A program made the position numbers and the translations under genes. Source: Candidatus Poribacteria bacterium (GTDB lineage: Bacteria; Poribacteria; WGA-4E; WGA-3G). Taken from it: 36,077 bases of DNA. This document shows positions 9,172 through 19,043 of the stretch, in pieces (the stretch's first letter is position 1; each line of letters starts with the position of its first letter). The stretch lies in the NCBI GenBank assembly GCA_012270875.1, contig JAAXHI010000454.1:827-36903 (forward strand), written 5' to 3'. Under the pieces are notes generated by a model. It saw only the letters and a list, made by a program, of their open reading frames with translations. It was not told the origin of the DNA and did not search any database.

Positions 9172-9813
9172 ATGAAAAAAATCGGTTTCACCGCTATGGT
9201 TATTATCATTTTGGGGACTGCCTTGACGTTATATCTCAGGTGGGATCTCAACCGTTTTGCAGAGAGCCTACCCAAGGCACCACTGCAAACGCACATTGAA
9301 CAACCCACCGATATGAGAACCCAAGGCAACGTGTCTGAAAACGAAAAGGGTGAACTACCTGCGAAAGTGAATACGCTATCAGCACCTACTTCTACATCTG
9401 TTGAGGCTTCTAACGACACTGCCCACAGACCTCCAGATCATAGTGGTTTTCATTCCGATGTACATGCTCCACCAATTCGCGTTGAAGGACAACAAAAAGA
9501 CGAAGTTGTAAAACAAGAAGATGAAAGCACACTTTCTTTTATGGATTTATCCTTAGAAGAGATAATAGAACGCAACCGTCAAAAACTCATAGAAAAACAC
9601 GGTGATATTCCAGAGATAGATATATACCTCAGACTCAATGCGCCTCTTTTTGAAGCGATAAAAAATCGGGAAGCGCAGGTTAAAATACAGAGGACACTTG
9701 AAGAACATCTTGAGTTTAGCAGAGTCATGTCGGTTTTATATCCAAGTGAGGAACATGACAAGATGTATCAAGCCGCGTTACAAGAAGTAGAAAAACGAAG
9801 AAGGCGTAGGTAG
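9172..9813 (+). CDS. Hypothetical protein with N-terminal membrane anchor and low-complexity linker
   Basis: AGGAGG upstream of ATG 9172. MKKIGFTAMVIIILGTALTLYL hydrophobic segment, then a polar linker and a helical C-terminus. Confidence 0.75.
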   Translation: MKKIGFTAMVIIILGTALTLYLRWDLNRFAESLPKAPLQTHIEQPTDMRTQGNVSENEKGELPAKVNTLSAPTSTSVEASNDTAHRPPDHSGFHSDVHAPPIRVEGQQKDEVVKQEDESTLSFMDLSLEEIIERNRQKLIEKHGDIPEIDIYLRLNAPLFEAIKNREAQVKIQRTLEEHLEFSRVMSVLYPSEEHDKMYQAALQEVEKRRRRR

Positions 9814-9935
9814 TATCCGCTAATGTCTCCATTGCTGACGACTGGTGGCACTTTCTCGTAACTGCTGACCACTAACAACCTACAACTAAATACTCCCATG
9901 TTCCCATCTTAGGACATACATAGACTGTTAGTATA

Positions 9936-9944
9936 TGCTATAAT
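9936..9944 (+). promoter_or_regulatory. Extended -10 housekeeping-sigma element TGCTATAAT
   Basis: Perfect TGnTATAAT upstream of the ECF gene; same pattern at 22122, 25460 and 28043. Confidence 0.55.
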
Positions 9945-9997
9945 ACTAATGGTCCTCCTCGAAAAGAAACGTCCAACAATTCTGAAATTCATTTTTA

Positions 9998-10028
9998 TGC
10001 ACCAGTTTGACTTATAAGTCGCGTCACT
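9998..10028 (+). promoter_or_regulatory. Putative ECF-dependent (autoregulatory) promoter TGCACC-N18-CGTCACT
   Basis: Motif conserved upstream of six ECF genes. Bipartite layout with a CGT-containing -10 is typical of ECF promoters. Confidence 0.75.
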
Positions 10029-10074
10029 GGTGTTAATCCGAGATGACGAACGCTCCTTTCCCATGGGATAATTG

Positions 10075-13000
10075 ATGAAAAACGACGATGCTCAACTCAT
10101 CCAACGCGTCCTCGCTGGCGATGAAACTGCGTTCTCTACGCTTGTGAAGAAATACCAGAAGTCGGTGCATGCGCTTGCGTGGCGGAAGGTTGGAGATTTT
10201 CACATTGCCGAGGAGATTACGCAGGATACCTTTTTAAAAGCGTATCAGCGACTTTCTACACTAAAGGAACCACAGCGTTTTCTGAGCTGGCTTTATGTGA
10301 TCGCGACGAACCTCTGTAAAGCGTGGCTTCGGAAAAAGCGTTTGCGAACACAGTCGTTGGAAAACACAGAGAGCATAGCGTTAGAAAAAGCGGCGTATTC
10401 AGGATATGTTATTTCAGAAAATGAACAGACAGCGATAGAAGCGCAACGCGAAGCCGTCAAAAAGTTGCTTGCTAAACTCCAAGAGAGTGAACGCACGGTT
10501 GTCACACTGCACTACTTCAGTGAGATGTCGAGTGCGGAGATTGGCGCGTTCTTAGGTGTTTCGGCAAATACAGTGAGAAGTCGTTTACGCCGCGCACAGC
10601 AACGTTTGAAAAGGGAGGAACCGATGATCCGAGAGGCTTTAGAGAATTTCCAAATCACACCAAATCTTACCGAGAACATCATGTGCGAGATTTCGCGTCT
10701 GAAACCAGTTGCGCCATCTGGCAGTAAACCGTTCGCACCATGGGCAATCGGCGTTTCCACATTAGCGGTTGTCTTATTGATGTTAGGCATCGGCAACCAA
10801 CAGTTATCGCGTTTCCAAAAGCCCTATGATTTCAATGCCGCCTCAGAAATGACGGTAGAGATTATTGAAGCACCCATCGTGCTAAACCTTGACTCTAAGC
10901 CAGATGTTCAGACACAGATCGGCAATTCTACTACACTCAGTAGTAACGGTGGTTCAGGGCAGCAACCAGATGATATCTTATTCGCCGCCGCACAAGCTGA
11001 TGGAGAAAACATCTCTACCCCTAAACAAGAATGGATTCAGGCGGAACCCCTCAAAGGGAGTGATGCCACTGCTTTATCTGTCACACCTGACGGTGAACTT
11101 TACACTGTTGCTGATGAGCGTATCTACAAAATCGGATCCGGCGGGAAAATGTGGCAACAGATCACCGATATTAACGCACTGGGTGTTAATTATATGTGGA
11201 CCGCCCGTATAGAAAAGTGGAATGATACACTCTATCTATCAGTGAGTAATGCACTCCTTGCTTCAAAAGATAACGGCAAGACGTGGGAATTGGTTCACTC
11301 TTTCCCAATAGATTATGGCTTGTTTGCTTTTGATTTGGAACTAACACCACAAGCGTTTTATATTATTTTCTCTGATTCCACTGCTTTTCGGTCTGAAGAT
11401 TTGGGTAAGACTTGGAAGGCAATGAACGTTGTCGGATTTCCAGAGAGACCCAACGCTATGGTCGTGTTCCAAGATACGCTGTTTGCCGGAACAGGTAATG
11501 GACTCTACCGATTGAAGGATAACAACTGGGAACGCGTGGACTTTCCAGTCCCTGTCGGAGAAACCCTTTCAATTGCCACGACTGAAGGAAAAATTTATGT
11601 TGCGGCAAAGTTTAATCAAGATAGAACCAGTTCTCAGCGAGTTCGTCAGGGACAGGCACGTGGCTGGTGGATATTCCGATCAACGGACTTCGGCGATTCG
11701 TGGGACGATATAACACCGACAAACGCTTGGCAGGTCATGGGGTTGCCACCAGAAATCAAACTCGTTGCTACGGGTGAAACGCTTCTGGCAATGGAACGGG
11801 GTATGGTTCGCTCTACCGATAGTGGAGACACATGGCTGCCTCGACAATTACCCGGCACCTCACCCCCAATGGACAGATTTAGTTCGGCTGTCGTAGTGAA
11901 CGACAACACCATTTATATTGGTAGCAGCGACGGTCTTTATCGTTCCACGGATGCTGGTATATCATGGAACGCGGTTAACATCAATAGACAGAATCGGAGT
12001 GGCATATATAATCTAACCGCATATACAGGACAGAATACACCGCCAACGCTTTACGCGATGTTCGGCGGAGAGATCGTAAAAACGACCAACAAGGGCAAAT
12101 CTTGGAGAACGATTCAGATGGGAACACCGATGACAGCACCTGATAGAGAAAAACCACCAACTTTTACGCAGATACGTGAATTCGGTGGGAGTGTCTATGC
12201 CAAAACAATGGGTTCTCGTGGTCCTGGCAACGCGCATAAAACCGGTTTATACCGCATTTCTGCAGACGGTAATACAGTCATGCCGATACAAGACGTGCCG
12301 CTCTTTGACTCACAGGAATTAAGTCGATTTTGGAATATAGGAAGGACAGGTGCTTTAGATGTGTCAGATAAGTCGTTCATTGAACAGTTGAAAGAAAATT
12401 TTAAGGGAGCAGACCAGTTCTTTAAAACGTTGGCACGAGGTGGCACTTTCAATCAACAAGAACTTCTTCGGCAACCACTTTATCAGGACCAGTATCGACT
12501 TATACGGAGGGGTATAAGTGGTGCTTTTGCGGTCAGTGACGACACGTTTTACGTGGAATACAACTTTAAACTCTACCGATGGAAGCCGGGCGAAACCGAA
12601 TGGTACGACACGGGTGTGCAAGAGACCGGCGAACTCCTTTATAGGGAAGCAATGAAGGCATTTGAAGGCATAGGTATGCCAGAGGTAAAGATCGATGAAG
12701 TTCTCTCGACTTGGCGGGGGTTCACACTTGCGGTTTCAGGAAACACGGTCTACGTTGGCAAACGGGATGGACACCTCGTTGCCTCGTTTGATATGGGAAA
12801 TAATTGGCTCGACCTCACGTCAGCACTGCCGTTCCCTGTTAAAGCCTTCAAAACCATCGTGTTTGTAGGATCCACCGTGTATGTAGCAACAGATGCAGGT
12901 GTCGCCGCGTCGGATGATGGAAAACAGTGGCATCCTGTTACCAATGCATCAGGAACGTGTCTCAATATGGGACAACTAACTGTTGCGGGAGACACCCTTT

Positions 13001-13164
13001 ACGGTTTTATCAAAGACACAGGTATCTATCGTTTGGAAAGCGGCACTTGGGAACAGGTTGTCTCAGAAATGCCGGATCATGTAGAGGGGTTCGCCGTTGG
13101 CGAGAATACCTTATACGTGAACACGCGGGACAGCAATGTGCTCCATTTCAACCTCGAAAAATAA
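10075..13164 (+). CDS. ECF sigma factor-TM-Asp-box/BNR beta-propeller fusion
   Basis: MKNDDAQLIQRVLAGD start shared with paralogs (ATG 10075). Region 4 EMSSAEIGAFLGVSANTVRSRLRRA, TM PWAIGVSTLAVVLLMLG, RSTDxGxxW repeats. Confidence 0.93.
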   Translation: MKNDDAQLIQRVLAGDETAFSTLVKKYQKSVHALAWRKVGDFHIAEEITQDTFLKAYQRLSTLKEPQRFLSWLYVIATNLCKAWLRKKRLRTQSLENTESIALEKAAYSGYVISENEQTAIEAQREAVKKLLAKLQESERTVVTLHYFSEMSSAEIGAFLGVSANTVRSRLRRAQQRLKREEPMIREALENFQITPNLTENIMCEISRLKPVAPSGSKPFAPWAIGVSTLAVVLLMLGIGNQQLSRFQKPYDFNAASEMTVEIIEAPIVLNLDSKPDVQTQIGNSTTLSSNGGSGQQPDDILFAAAQADGENISTPKQEWIQAEPLKGSDATALSVTPDGELYTVADERIYKIGSGGKMWQQITDINALGVNYMWTARIEKWNDTLYLSVSNALLASKDNGKTWELVHSFPIDYGLFAFDLELTPQAFYIIFSDSTAFRSEDLGKTWKAMNVVGFPERPNAMVVFQDTLFAGTGNGLYRLKDNNWERVDFPVPVGETLSIATTEGKIYVAAKFNQDRTSSQRVRQGQARGWWIFRSTDFGDSWDDITPTNAWQVMGLPPEIKLVATGETLLAMERGMVRSTDSGDTWLPRQLPGTSPPMDRFSSAVVVNDNTIYIGSSDGLYRSTDAGISWNAVNINRQNRSGIYNLTAYTGQNTPPTLYAMFGGEIVKTTNKGKSWRTIQMGTPMTAPDREKPPTFTQIREFGGSVYAKTMGSRGPGNAHKTGLYRISADGNTVMPIQDVPLFDSQELSRFWNIGRTGALDVSDKSFIEQLKENFKGADQFFKTLARGGTFNQQELLRQPLYQDQYRLIRRGISGAFAVSDDTFYVEYNFKLYRWKPGETEWYDTGVQETGELLYREAMKAFEGIGMPEVKIDEVLSTWRGFTLAVSGNTVYVGKRDGHLVASFDMGNNWLDLTSALPFPVKAFKTIVFVGSTVYVATDAGVAASDDGKQWHPVTNASGTCLNMGQLTVAGDTLYGFIKDTGIYRLESGTWEQVVSEMPDHVEGFAVGENTLYVNTRDSNVLHFNLEK

Positions 13165-13174
13165 TGTACCTATC

Positions 13175-13200
13175 AGGGCGGTCCTAAATGCCGCCCTTTC
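13175..13200 (+). terminator. Probable intrinsic terminator hairpin
   Basis: AGGGCGG-tcctaaatg-CCGCCCT-TTC 10 nt after the stop codon. Homologous hairpins at 25353 and 31138. Confidence 0.65.
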
Positions 13201-13237
13201 CTACCTCTACCCTATCTCCCTGTTCAACGTTAACATC

Positions 13238-13265
13238 TTGACAAACCCATCTGGTTTAGTAAAAT
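13238..13265 (+). promoter_or_regulatory. Sigma70-type promoter TTGACA-N16-TAAAAT
   Basis: Consensus -35 at 13238-13243, near-consensus -10 at 13260-13265. Confidence 0.6.
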
Positions 13266-13305
13266 AGTATTTCACTACATCCAACCCTATTTTTCATAAC
13301 ACATG

Positions 13306-13345
13306 CAGAATTATGCACCAGTTTGCCCCTTAAAAAGCGTCACTA
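13306..13345 (+). promoter_or_regulatory. Putative ECF promoter CAGAATTATGCACC-N18-CGTCACTA
   Basis: Same conserved motif; shares TATGCACCAGTTTG with the 9998 copy. Confidence 0.75.
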
Positions 13346-13366
13346 TAGCGCGATCGGAGGGAATTC

Positions 13367-16300
13367 ATGAAAACCACTGATGTTGAGCTCATCTATCGCG
13401 TTCTTGATGGCGACGATACCGCTTTTACTGTGCTTGTGAAAAAATATCATAAACCGGTTCACGCGCTCGTGTGGCGGAAGATTGGGGATTTCCATATCGC
13501 CGAAGAGATTACGCAGGATACATTCTTAAAGGCATATCAGGAGTTAGCAACGCTGAAGAAACCGCAGAGTTTTGCGAGTTGGCTCTATGTGATTGCTGCC
13601 AACAACTGTAGTACGTGGTTGCGTAAAAGGCGTTTATCGACGGAACCATTTGAAGATGCCCGCCTACAAGAGGCGACGTATTCCGGGTATGTCGTTGCCG
13701 AAAACGAGCGGACAGAAGCAGAGGCACAACGCGAAGTCGTCAAAAAGTTGCTTGCGAAACTCCAAGAGAGTGACCGCACGGTTATCACGCTGCATTACTT
13801 CGGTGAGATGTCCAGTGCGGAGATCGGCGCGTTTTTAGGGGTATCGGCAAACACGGTGAGGAGCCGTCTCCGCCGCGCACAGCAACGTTTGAAAAGGGAG
13901 GAACCGATGATACGAGAAGCATTAGAGAATTTCCAAATCACACCAAACCTTACAGAAAACATTATGCGCGAGGTTTCGCGTCTGAAACCTACTGCGCCAT
14001 CAGGTGGCAAACCGTTGGTGCCGTGGGCGATGGGTGTTTCCGTATTAGCAGTCGTCTTTTTGATATTCGGTATCGCAAACCATCAATCCTTATCGCGTTT
14101 CCAGAAGCCTTACAGTTTCAACGCTGCTTCAGAGTTGAAGGTTGAGTTGATTGACGCTCCGGTTGTGCTAAATCTTGAAGCCGAACCCGATAACCGCACG
14201 CAGCTCGGAAATGCCAACGCGCAGGATAAGAGCAATGGCGTTGGTAACCAAGTTGATGATACCGCGCCGTTTGACTTGGAAACAATCATCAGGAAAATAA
14301 AGCACTACGATAATGCTGTCACCTCCGTAACCGGTGATTTCATCATGGAAAGACAGAGTGGCTTGGGGATCTCGAAAAGAGAATACACACTGACGTTTGC
14401 AGGCGAGAAAGTCCGAATGGATCAGGAACAGGATCATACTCGCGTCCAGCTTTGGGATGGAAAACGACATTGGGAAGCACGCGAAGATAGAAGGATGATC
14501 TTTGAATTTGAAATTGCACCCGGCAAGGAAAAGACAGATATTGAGACGATTCGACAGGCATTCAAACATAACGGTATTGATCTCGCGGACGATGTACGCA
14601 TCGTTGATGACGACGAACCCCAAGATTTCACACTTATTGAAAACGAGACAGATCAAAAATACTATTTCTGGTTGGAGGGAGAGACGACGCTGTTGGTTTA
14701 TGACCTTAATCATCTTCAATATGATGTTCGACCTGGGTGGACAGGTAGTGCTGACAATGATCCGCGGTTTTGGCTCACCTTTCGTCCTGCTTCAAACAAT
14801 TCTTATCTATCCGAACCGCTGTGGTACTTGCTTGAGCAACATGAGAGTGAAATTATCGGGAATGAGATATTGAACGGAGACAAGACATCCGTGATTCGTT
14901 TGAATATACCAGCTCAGTCAAAAGGGGACTTCAAAAGACCTGCCCAGTCCGTTAAACTTTGGATTTCCCATGACAAAGGTTTCCGTCTGGTTAAGTTAGA
15001 AGAAAGTGCCTATACTATAGATAACCGGTCAGCGGGGCTCGGTTTCAAAGCGGGTGTAACCTATATTTCAAGCCGAGAAATTGCGTATCACGAATATCTA
15101 CCGGATGTCTGGTTTCCTGAGAGAATTGAGATATCTATTGCTCCTGTGTCATCACCGGACCAACAAGAGAAAGGTGAACCTGTACTCAAAAAGGTTCTAC
15201 TCACAAAGCAGTGTCGATTAAACACTGATGTCACAGGGTTGCTGGATTTAGGTCTACCGCTTGATACATCTATTTTCGATTACGGAACTGGTAAACCGAG
15301 TACAGTCGGCGATGTGTTAAATCCTGTATCGAAACCAGATATTCGGAAACTCTTCGGAAGTTCCGCTATGCCGGTTAAAAGCGATGGATCTGACCAACAC
15401 ACCTATAATCCATCTGTGTTTGACTTGGAAGCGATCATCACACAGATGAAGCACGCTGATAGTTCTGTCGTTTCCGCAAGCGGCAACTTCGTCATTGAAC
15501 ACCATAGAAAGCCGGGAATCGCGAAAACTGAGTATGCCTTAACGTTTGAAGGTGATGGAATCCGAGTAGAACGAGGATGGGGTTCCCCGCTTGCAGTAAA
15601 AGATTATCCACGCCTCAAAAAGGTTTTTCCGTCTGTTGAACTCGACGATGGAGAACGGCGATGGGAGATATATAAGTACAAAAAACACCTCTTTAGCGTT
15701 GAGATCACACTCGATAAGAAGCAGACAGCTCTTGAAACAATTCGACAGGCGTTCAAACAGCAAGAGATAGCACTTGCTGACGATGTACGCATCGTCGCGA
15801 GTGAAGAACCGGAGAGTTACACGCTTATTGAGAACCAGACGGGTAAAACCTACTTCATCTTGTGGGAAGGCGAAACAACGCTGAAAGTTTATGACCTTCA
15901 ACATACCGAATATGGTATCCGCGATCCATTTCGACGCAAAGTTTCTGACCGTCGTTTCGAGAGTCCACTTCGCTATCAGTGGAATATGCTTGCTGATCTC
16001 GATCCGAGATATTGGCTCACGTATCCAAGTGCTGGTGGAAGGACCTATCTCACAGAACCGCTTTGGCAGCTCCTTGAGAAGCACGAGAGCGAACTCTTGG
16101 GTAGTGAAGTTTTGAACGGTGATGAGACTTCAGTTATTCGTCTAAAGTTACCTGATGAGTCCCTTATCATCTGGATTTCTCATGAGAAGGGTTTTCGTCC
16201 GGTTAAGCTGCAAAGAGCATTTCCGCTTGAGAATCATCCGGTGGATATTATCGCAATGAAGTACTTCCAGTCGGGTGTGAACTATATAGAGACACGGGAA

Positions 16301-16810
16301 ATTGATTATCGCGAATATTTACCCGATGTCTGGTTTCCCAAGAAGATTGAACGGTACTTTACACCGATCGCAGCAGCAGATCTGCCACACGTCGCTGAAA
16401 TCATCCTAAAGACTGTGATTCACACGAAGCAGTGTCGGTTAAACACGGATGTTGCTGAGTTACTCCGTTTAAACCTGTCGCCTGATACACCTGTTCTCGG
16501 TTTAAAACCAGACGACGATACACCAATAGCGGAAAAAGTGGCATATTTACGTCAAGAAATCCCGCGTATCCTTAAACACCGCCTTGACTTAGAGAAACTG
16601 GATGATGAAATTGCTGAGTCTTACGGGGAAGACCCAGATCTTACCTTACTAAGGGATCAAGCTGCAGATGAAGCATTCGCACTGAAAGGGACTATCAGCC
16701 TTTTAACTTTAGACTACATACGATTTGCCGCGGATTCCTCAGCTCTTAAACCGGGCGGAGATTTTTATGAACTGTTGGAGAAAAACGGCATTTTTTATGA
16801 TTTTGAATAA
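13367..16810 (+). CDS. ECF sigma factor-TM fusion with a tandemly duplicated extracytoplasmic domain of about 380 aa (possible LolA/RseB-like fold)
   Basis: ECF regions 2 and 4, then TM. Repeats start FDLETII (14270) and FDLEAII (15419); each contains DPRxWLT, YLxEPLW, WISHxKGFR and EYLPDVWFP. Confidence 0.9.
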   Translation: MKTTDVELIYRVLDGDDTAFTVLVKKYHKPVHALVWRKIGDFHIAEEITQDTFLKAYQELATLKKPQSFASWLYVIAANNCSTWLRKRRLSTEPFEDARLQEATYSGYVVAENERTEAEAQREVVKKLLAKLQESDRTVITLHYFGEMSSAEIGAFLGVSANTVRSRLRRAQQRLKREEPMIREALENFQITPNLTENIMREVSRLKPTAPSGGKPLVPWAMGVSVLAVVFLIFGIANHQSLSRFQKPYSFNAASELKVELIDAPVVLNLEAEPDNRTQLGNANAQDKSNGVGNQVDDTAPFDLETIIRKIKHYDNAVTSVTGDFIMERQSGLGISKREYTLTFAGEKVRMDQEQDHTRVQLWDGKRHWEAREDRRMIFEFEIAPGKEKTDIETIRQAFKHNGIDLADDVRIVDDDEPQDFTLIENETDQKYYFWLEGETTLLVYDLNHLQYDVRPGWTGSADNDPRFWLTFRPASNNSYLSEPLWYLLEQHESEIIGNEILNGDKTSVIRLNIPAQSKGDFKRPAQSVKLWISHDKGFRLVKLEESAYTIDNRSAGLGFKAGVTYISSREIAYHEYLPDVWFPERIEISIAPVSSPDQQEKGEPVLKKVLLTKQCRLNTDVTGLLDLGLPLDTSIFDYGTGKPSTVGDVLNPVSKPDIRKLFGSSAMPVKSDGSDQHTYNPSVFDLEAIITQMKHADSSVVSASGNFVIEHHRKPGIAKTEYALTFEGDGIRVERGWGSPLAVKDYPRLKKVFPSVELDDGERRWEIYKYKKHLFSVEITLDKKQTALETIRQAFKQQEIALADDVRIVASEEPESYTLIENQTGKTYFILWEGETTLKVYDLQHTEYGIRDPFRRKVSDRRFESPLRYQWNMLADLDPRYWLTYPSAGGRTYLTEPLWQLLEKHESELLGSEVLNGDETSVIRLKLPDESLIIWISHEKGFRPVKLQRAFPLENHPVDIIAMKYFQSGVNYIETREIDYREYLPDVWFPKKIERYFTPIAAADLPHVAEIILKTVIHTKQCRLNTDVAELLRLNLSPDTPVLGLKPDDDTPIAEKVAYLRQEIPRILKHRLDLEKLDDEIAESYGEDPDLTLLRDQAADEAFALKGTISLLTLDYIRFAADSSALKPGGDFYELLEKNGIFYDFE

Positions 16811-16874
16811 GAAAAATTTATAGATCATAGGGGCAGGCGATGGTTTTCGAGTCAGTGAATATTAGGAGCAAGCA

Positions 16875-18239
16875 ATGCCAAAAAATTCAGTCCGATCCAT
16901 AAATGTTTTTATCATAACGATGCTACTACTTTCCGTTATTAACATCGGATGCAGTTCAAAGGTTTTTGAGCAGCACCAAGAAGACGGTTCTGAACAGTCT
17001 CAAAAGACGGTTACCTCTGCAAAACCGAAAGGGACGAGCATTTTCACTGTGATAGAGCTCGAAGATTTAGAGCATCCGACCCTTGCGGCTTCTATTGAAC
17101 TACCGTACCGCGTCTGTCCAAACAACACTGTGATTCTCTCAGGTGAACACGCATATCTCACAACAGAAAAGCACCTACACGTCATTGATGTTTCGCTCCC
17201 GCAACGTCCCTCTTATCTGACATCTCTGGCGTTTCCTAAAGTGATCGGCAAAGTCCTTGCCGCTGGAGACCATCTCGTTATCGAGACACCGGTAAACTTT
17301 CATCTTGTCAATGTTTCACAGCCGTCGCATCCGGTACTTGAATTTACTGGGCATTTACCACAGTTACATGCAATCAAAGACCTTGATGTTCTTGAGGATC
17401 ATCTCTATGTTATGGGAGGAAATGAGTATCTATATATTTTTTACGCGCCTCGCGGACACGCACAACTCGTCAAGACTGTTGAATTGTCGCCGCGCTGGTG
17501 GTTGTTCAGTCCGAAAGCCGTCCGTCCCAATATTCAACAGGTTGAGGCATCAAAGTTAGAACGTCTACCGAGTGGTATCTCTGAAGCACTCCGGTCTCAA
17601 CGCGGATTTTTACAACTCCGCAGCGGCAAAGACCAGAAAGTTCGCGCATCGCCGCATTGCTTGGTCATGGAGCAGATACAAAACCCTATGAGATCCGCAC
17701 AGTGTGATCTGTTGATTTACTCAGCATACAGAAAAAGTAGTGACGAGCTGCAAAAGCACGAGGCACGTTTCAAGTACATGTTCGGTAAGGATTTTCCGGC
17801 GGGTGGTGGAACCGTAGCCGCAGAACTCTACTACGTGGGTGCAGAAGGTCTTCATCATCTCAGGGCAGAAGCAGAAAACGATCCGCTCAAGGCTAAAGAA
17901 GGAAAGATACTTACTCGCGGCAAACCGAAAATTGCGTATACTGTCAGTGCCGGAAAGATGCAGCAAATCGAGCAATATCCACCAGAAACGATAGTCCTCA
18001 ACGACAAACAATTAGAACTCCCGGTGGGTCCCGTCACGGATTTTCAAATCTTGGAGGGTCTGCTTTACGTCGTCAGTGCAAACGGGTTCTTTTCTATCAG
18101 AAGCCTTATTACAGTCAAAGAATATTTTCAGGGAGATGACGCGCAGTTTATATCCGTCACTCCGCTTCAGGCAAATCGACCGATAAGTTTGGCAGTTGGG
18201 AAAAACTTCGCCTACGTGTTAGCCACACCGAAAGATTGA
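16875..18239 (+). CDS. Putative lipoprotein with LVIVD-like repeats
   Basis: AGGAG RBS; hydrophobic leader ending INIG-C; repeats HAYLTTEKHLHVIDVSLPQRP, FHLVNVSQPSHP, HLYVMGG. Confidence 0.75.
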   Translation: MPKNSVRSINVFIITMLLLSVINIGCSSKVFEQHQEDGSEQSQKTVTSAKPKGTSIFTVIELEDLEHPTLAASIELPYRVCPNNTVILSGEHAYLTTEKHLHVIDVSLPQRPSYLTSLAFPKVIGKVLAAGDHLVIETPVNFHLVNVSQPSHPVLEFTGHLPQLHAIKDLDVLEDHLYVMGGNEYLYIFYAPRGHAQLVKTVELSPRWWLFSPKAVRPNIQQVEASKLERLPSGISEALRSQRGFLQLRSGKDQKVRASPHCLVMEQIQNPMRSAQCDLLIYSAYRKSSDELQKHEARFKYMFGKDFPAGGGTVAAELYYVGAEGLHHLRAEAENDPLKAKEGKILTRGKPKIAYTVSAGKMQQIEQYPPETIVLNDKQLELPVGPVTDFQILEGLLYVVSANGFFSIRSLITVKEYFQGDDAQFISVTPLQANRPISLAVGKNFAYVLATPKD

Positions 18240-18252
18240 AAAAGATAAAAAA

Positions 18253-18281
18253 TTGACTGTCCCCGGAATTTGTGGTAAAAT
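18253..18281 (+). promoter_or_regulatory. Sigma70 promoter of the TA operon: TTGACT-N17-TAAAAT with TG extension
   Basis: -35 at 18253-18258, TGG at 18273-18275, -10 at 18276-18281. Confidence 0.7.
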
Positions 18282-18320
18282 ACTGGAAACTGTGACCTTG
18301 GACAAGGAGAAGCTTAAAAG

Positions 18321-18554
18321 ATGACCAGAGAGCAAATCATAACCCAAGACCCAGATATTCATGGCGGAGTGCCCGTGTTTACAGGCACCCGTGTGCCTGT
18401 CAAAAGTCTCATTGATCATCTCAAATCCGGCGAAAGCCTTGACTATTTTCTTGAAGGTTTCCCTTCTGTTTCTCGGCAACAGGCAGTCGCTTTTTTAGAA
18501 ATCGCATTGGTATCGGTTTCCATCGAAAATCCTCTGCATCGCGCAGACGGGTGA
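18321..18554 (+). CDS. DUF433-family antitoxin (VapB45-like)
   Basis: Signature ITQDPDIHGGVPVFTGTRVPVKSLIDHL..FLEGFPSVSRQQAVAFLE; 77 aa; AAGGAG RBS. Confidence 0.92.
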   Translation: MTREQIITQDPDIHGGVPVFTGTRVPVKSLIDHLKSGESLDYFLEGFPSVSRQQAVAFLEIALVSVSIENPLHRADG

Positions 18555-18567
18555 GGTCGAAAAATAG

Positions 18568-18897
18568 ATGCGCGTTCTACTCGATGAAAACTTAGACTGG
18601 CGGTTGGTCCGCTATTTTGACGCTGATTTTCAAGTCACGACGGTTTCTCAGCAAGGTTGGAAAGGCATGCGAAATGGCGAACTTCTTAGGCGAGCCGCCA
18701 AAGCCTTTGACGCACTTATCACAATGGATAGAGGGATTGAACATCAACAAAACCTCCGCAAATACACCATCGGTGTTATCCTCATCTCCGCCAAAAGCAA
18801 TCGGCTTCAAGACATTCAACCTGCTATGCACCGCGTCAATCAACTTCTAAAAACTCTTGAATCCGGACAGGTCATCCCCGTGTTGGTCAGCACCTAA
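18568..18897 (+). CDS. DUF5615-family PIN-like toxin (VapC45-like)
   Basis: MRVLLDENL..GWKGMRNGELL..FDALITMDRGIEHQQN; directly downstream of the DUF433 gene. Confidence 0.9.
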   Translation: MRVLLDENLDWRLVRYFDADFQVTTVSQQGWKGMRNGELLRRAAKAFDALITMDRGIEHQQNLRKYTIGVILISAKSNRLQDIQPAMHRVNQLLKTLESGQVIPVLVST

Positions 18898-18959
18898 CCG
18901 TTCGTTGTCAAAAAATTAGAATCTCAACCCTCTTATCATGAACCCACTCCATTTTTTTG

Positions 18960-18998
18960 CAGAATTGTGTGACTTTCTCATCTCAAACGGCGTCACTA
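18960..18998 (+). promoter_or_regulatory. Putative ECF promoter CAGAATTGTGTGAC-N17-CGTCACTA
   Basis: Conserved motif ending 45 nt upstream of ATG 19044. Confidence 0.75.
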
Positions 18999-19043
18999 TG
19001 TGTTGATATGAAATACTGAACATTCCCTATCCAGAGGTATCCG

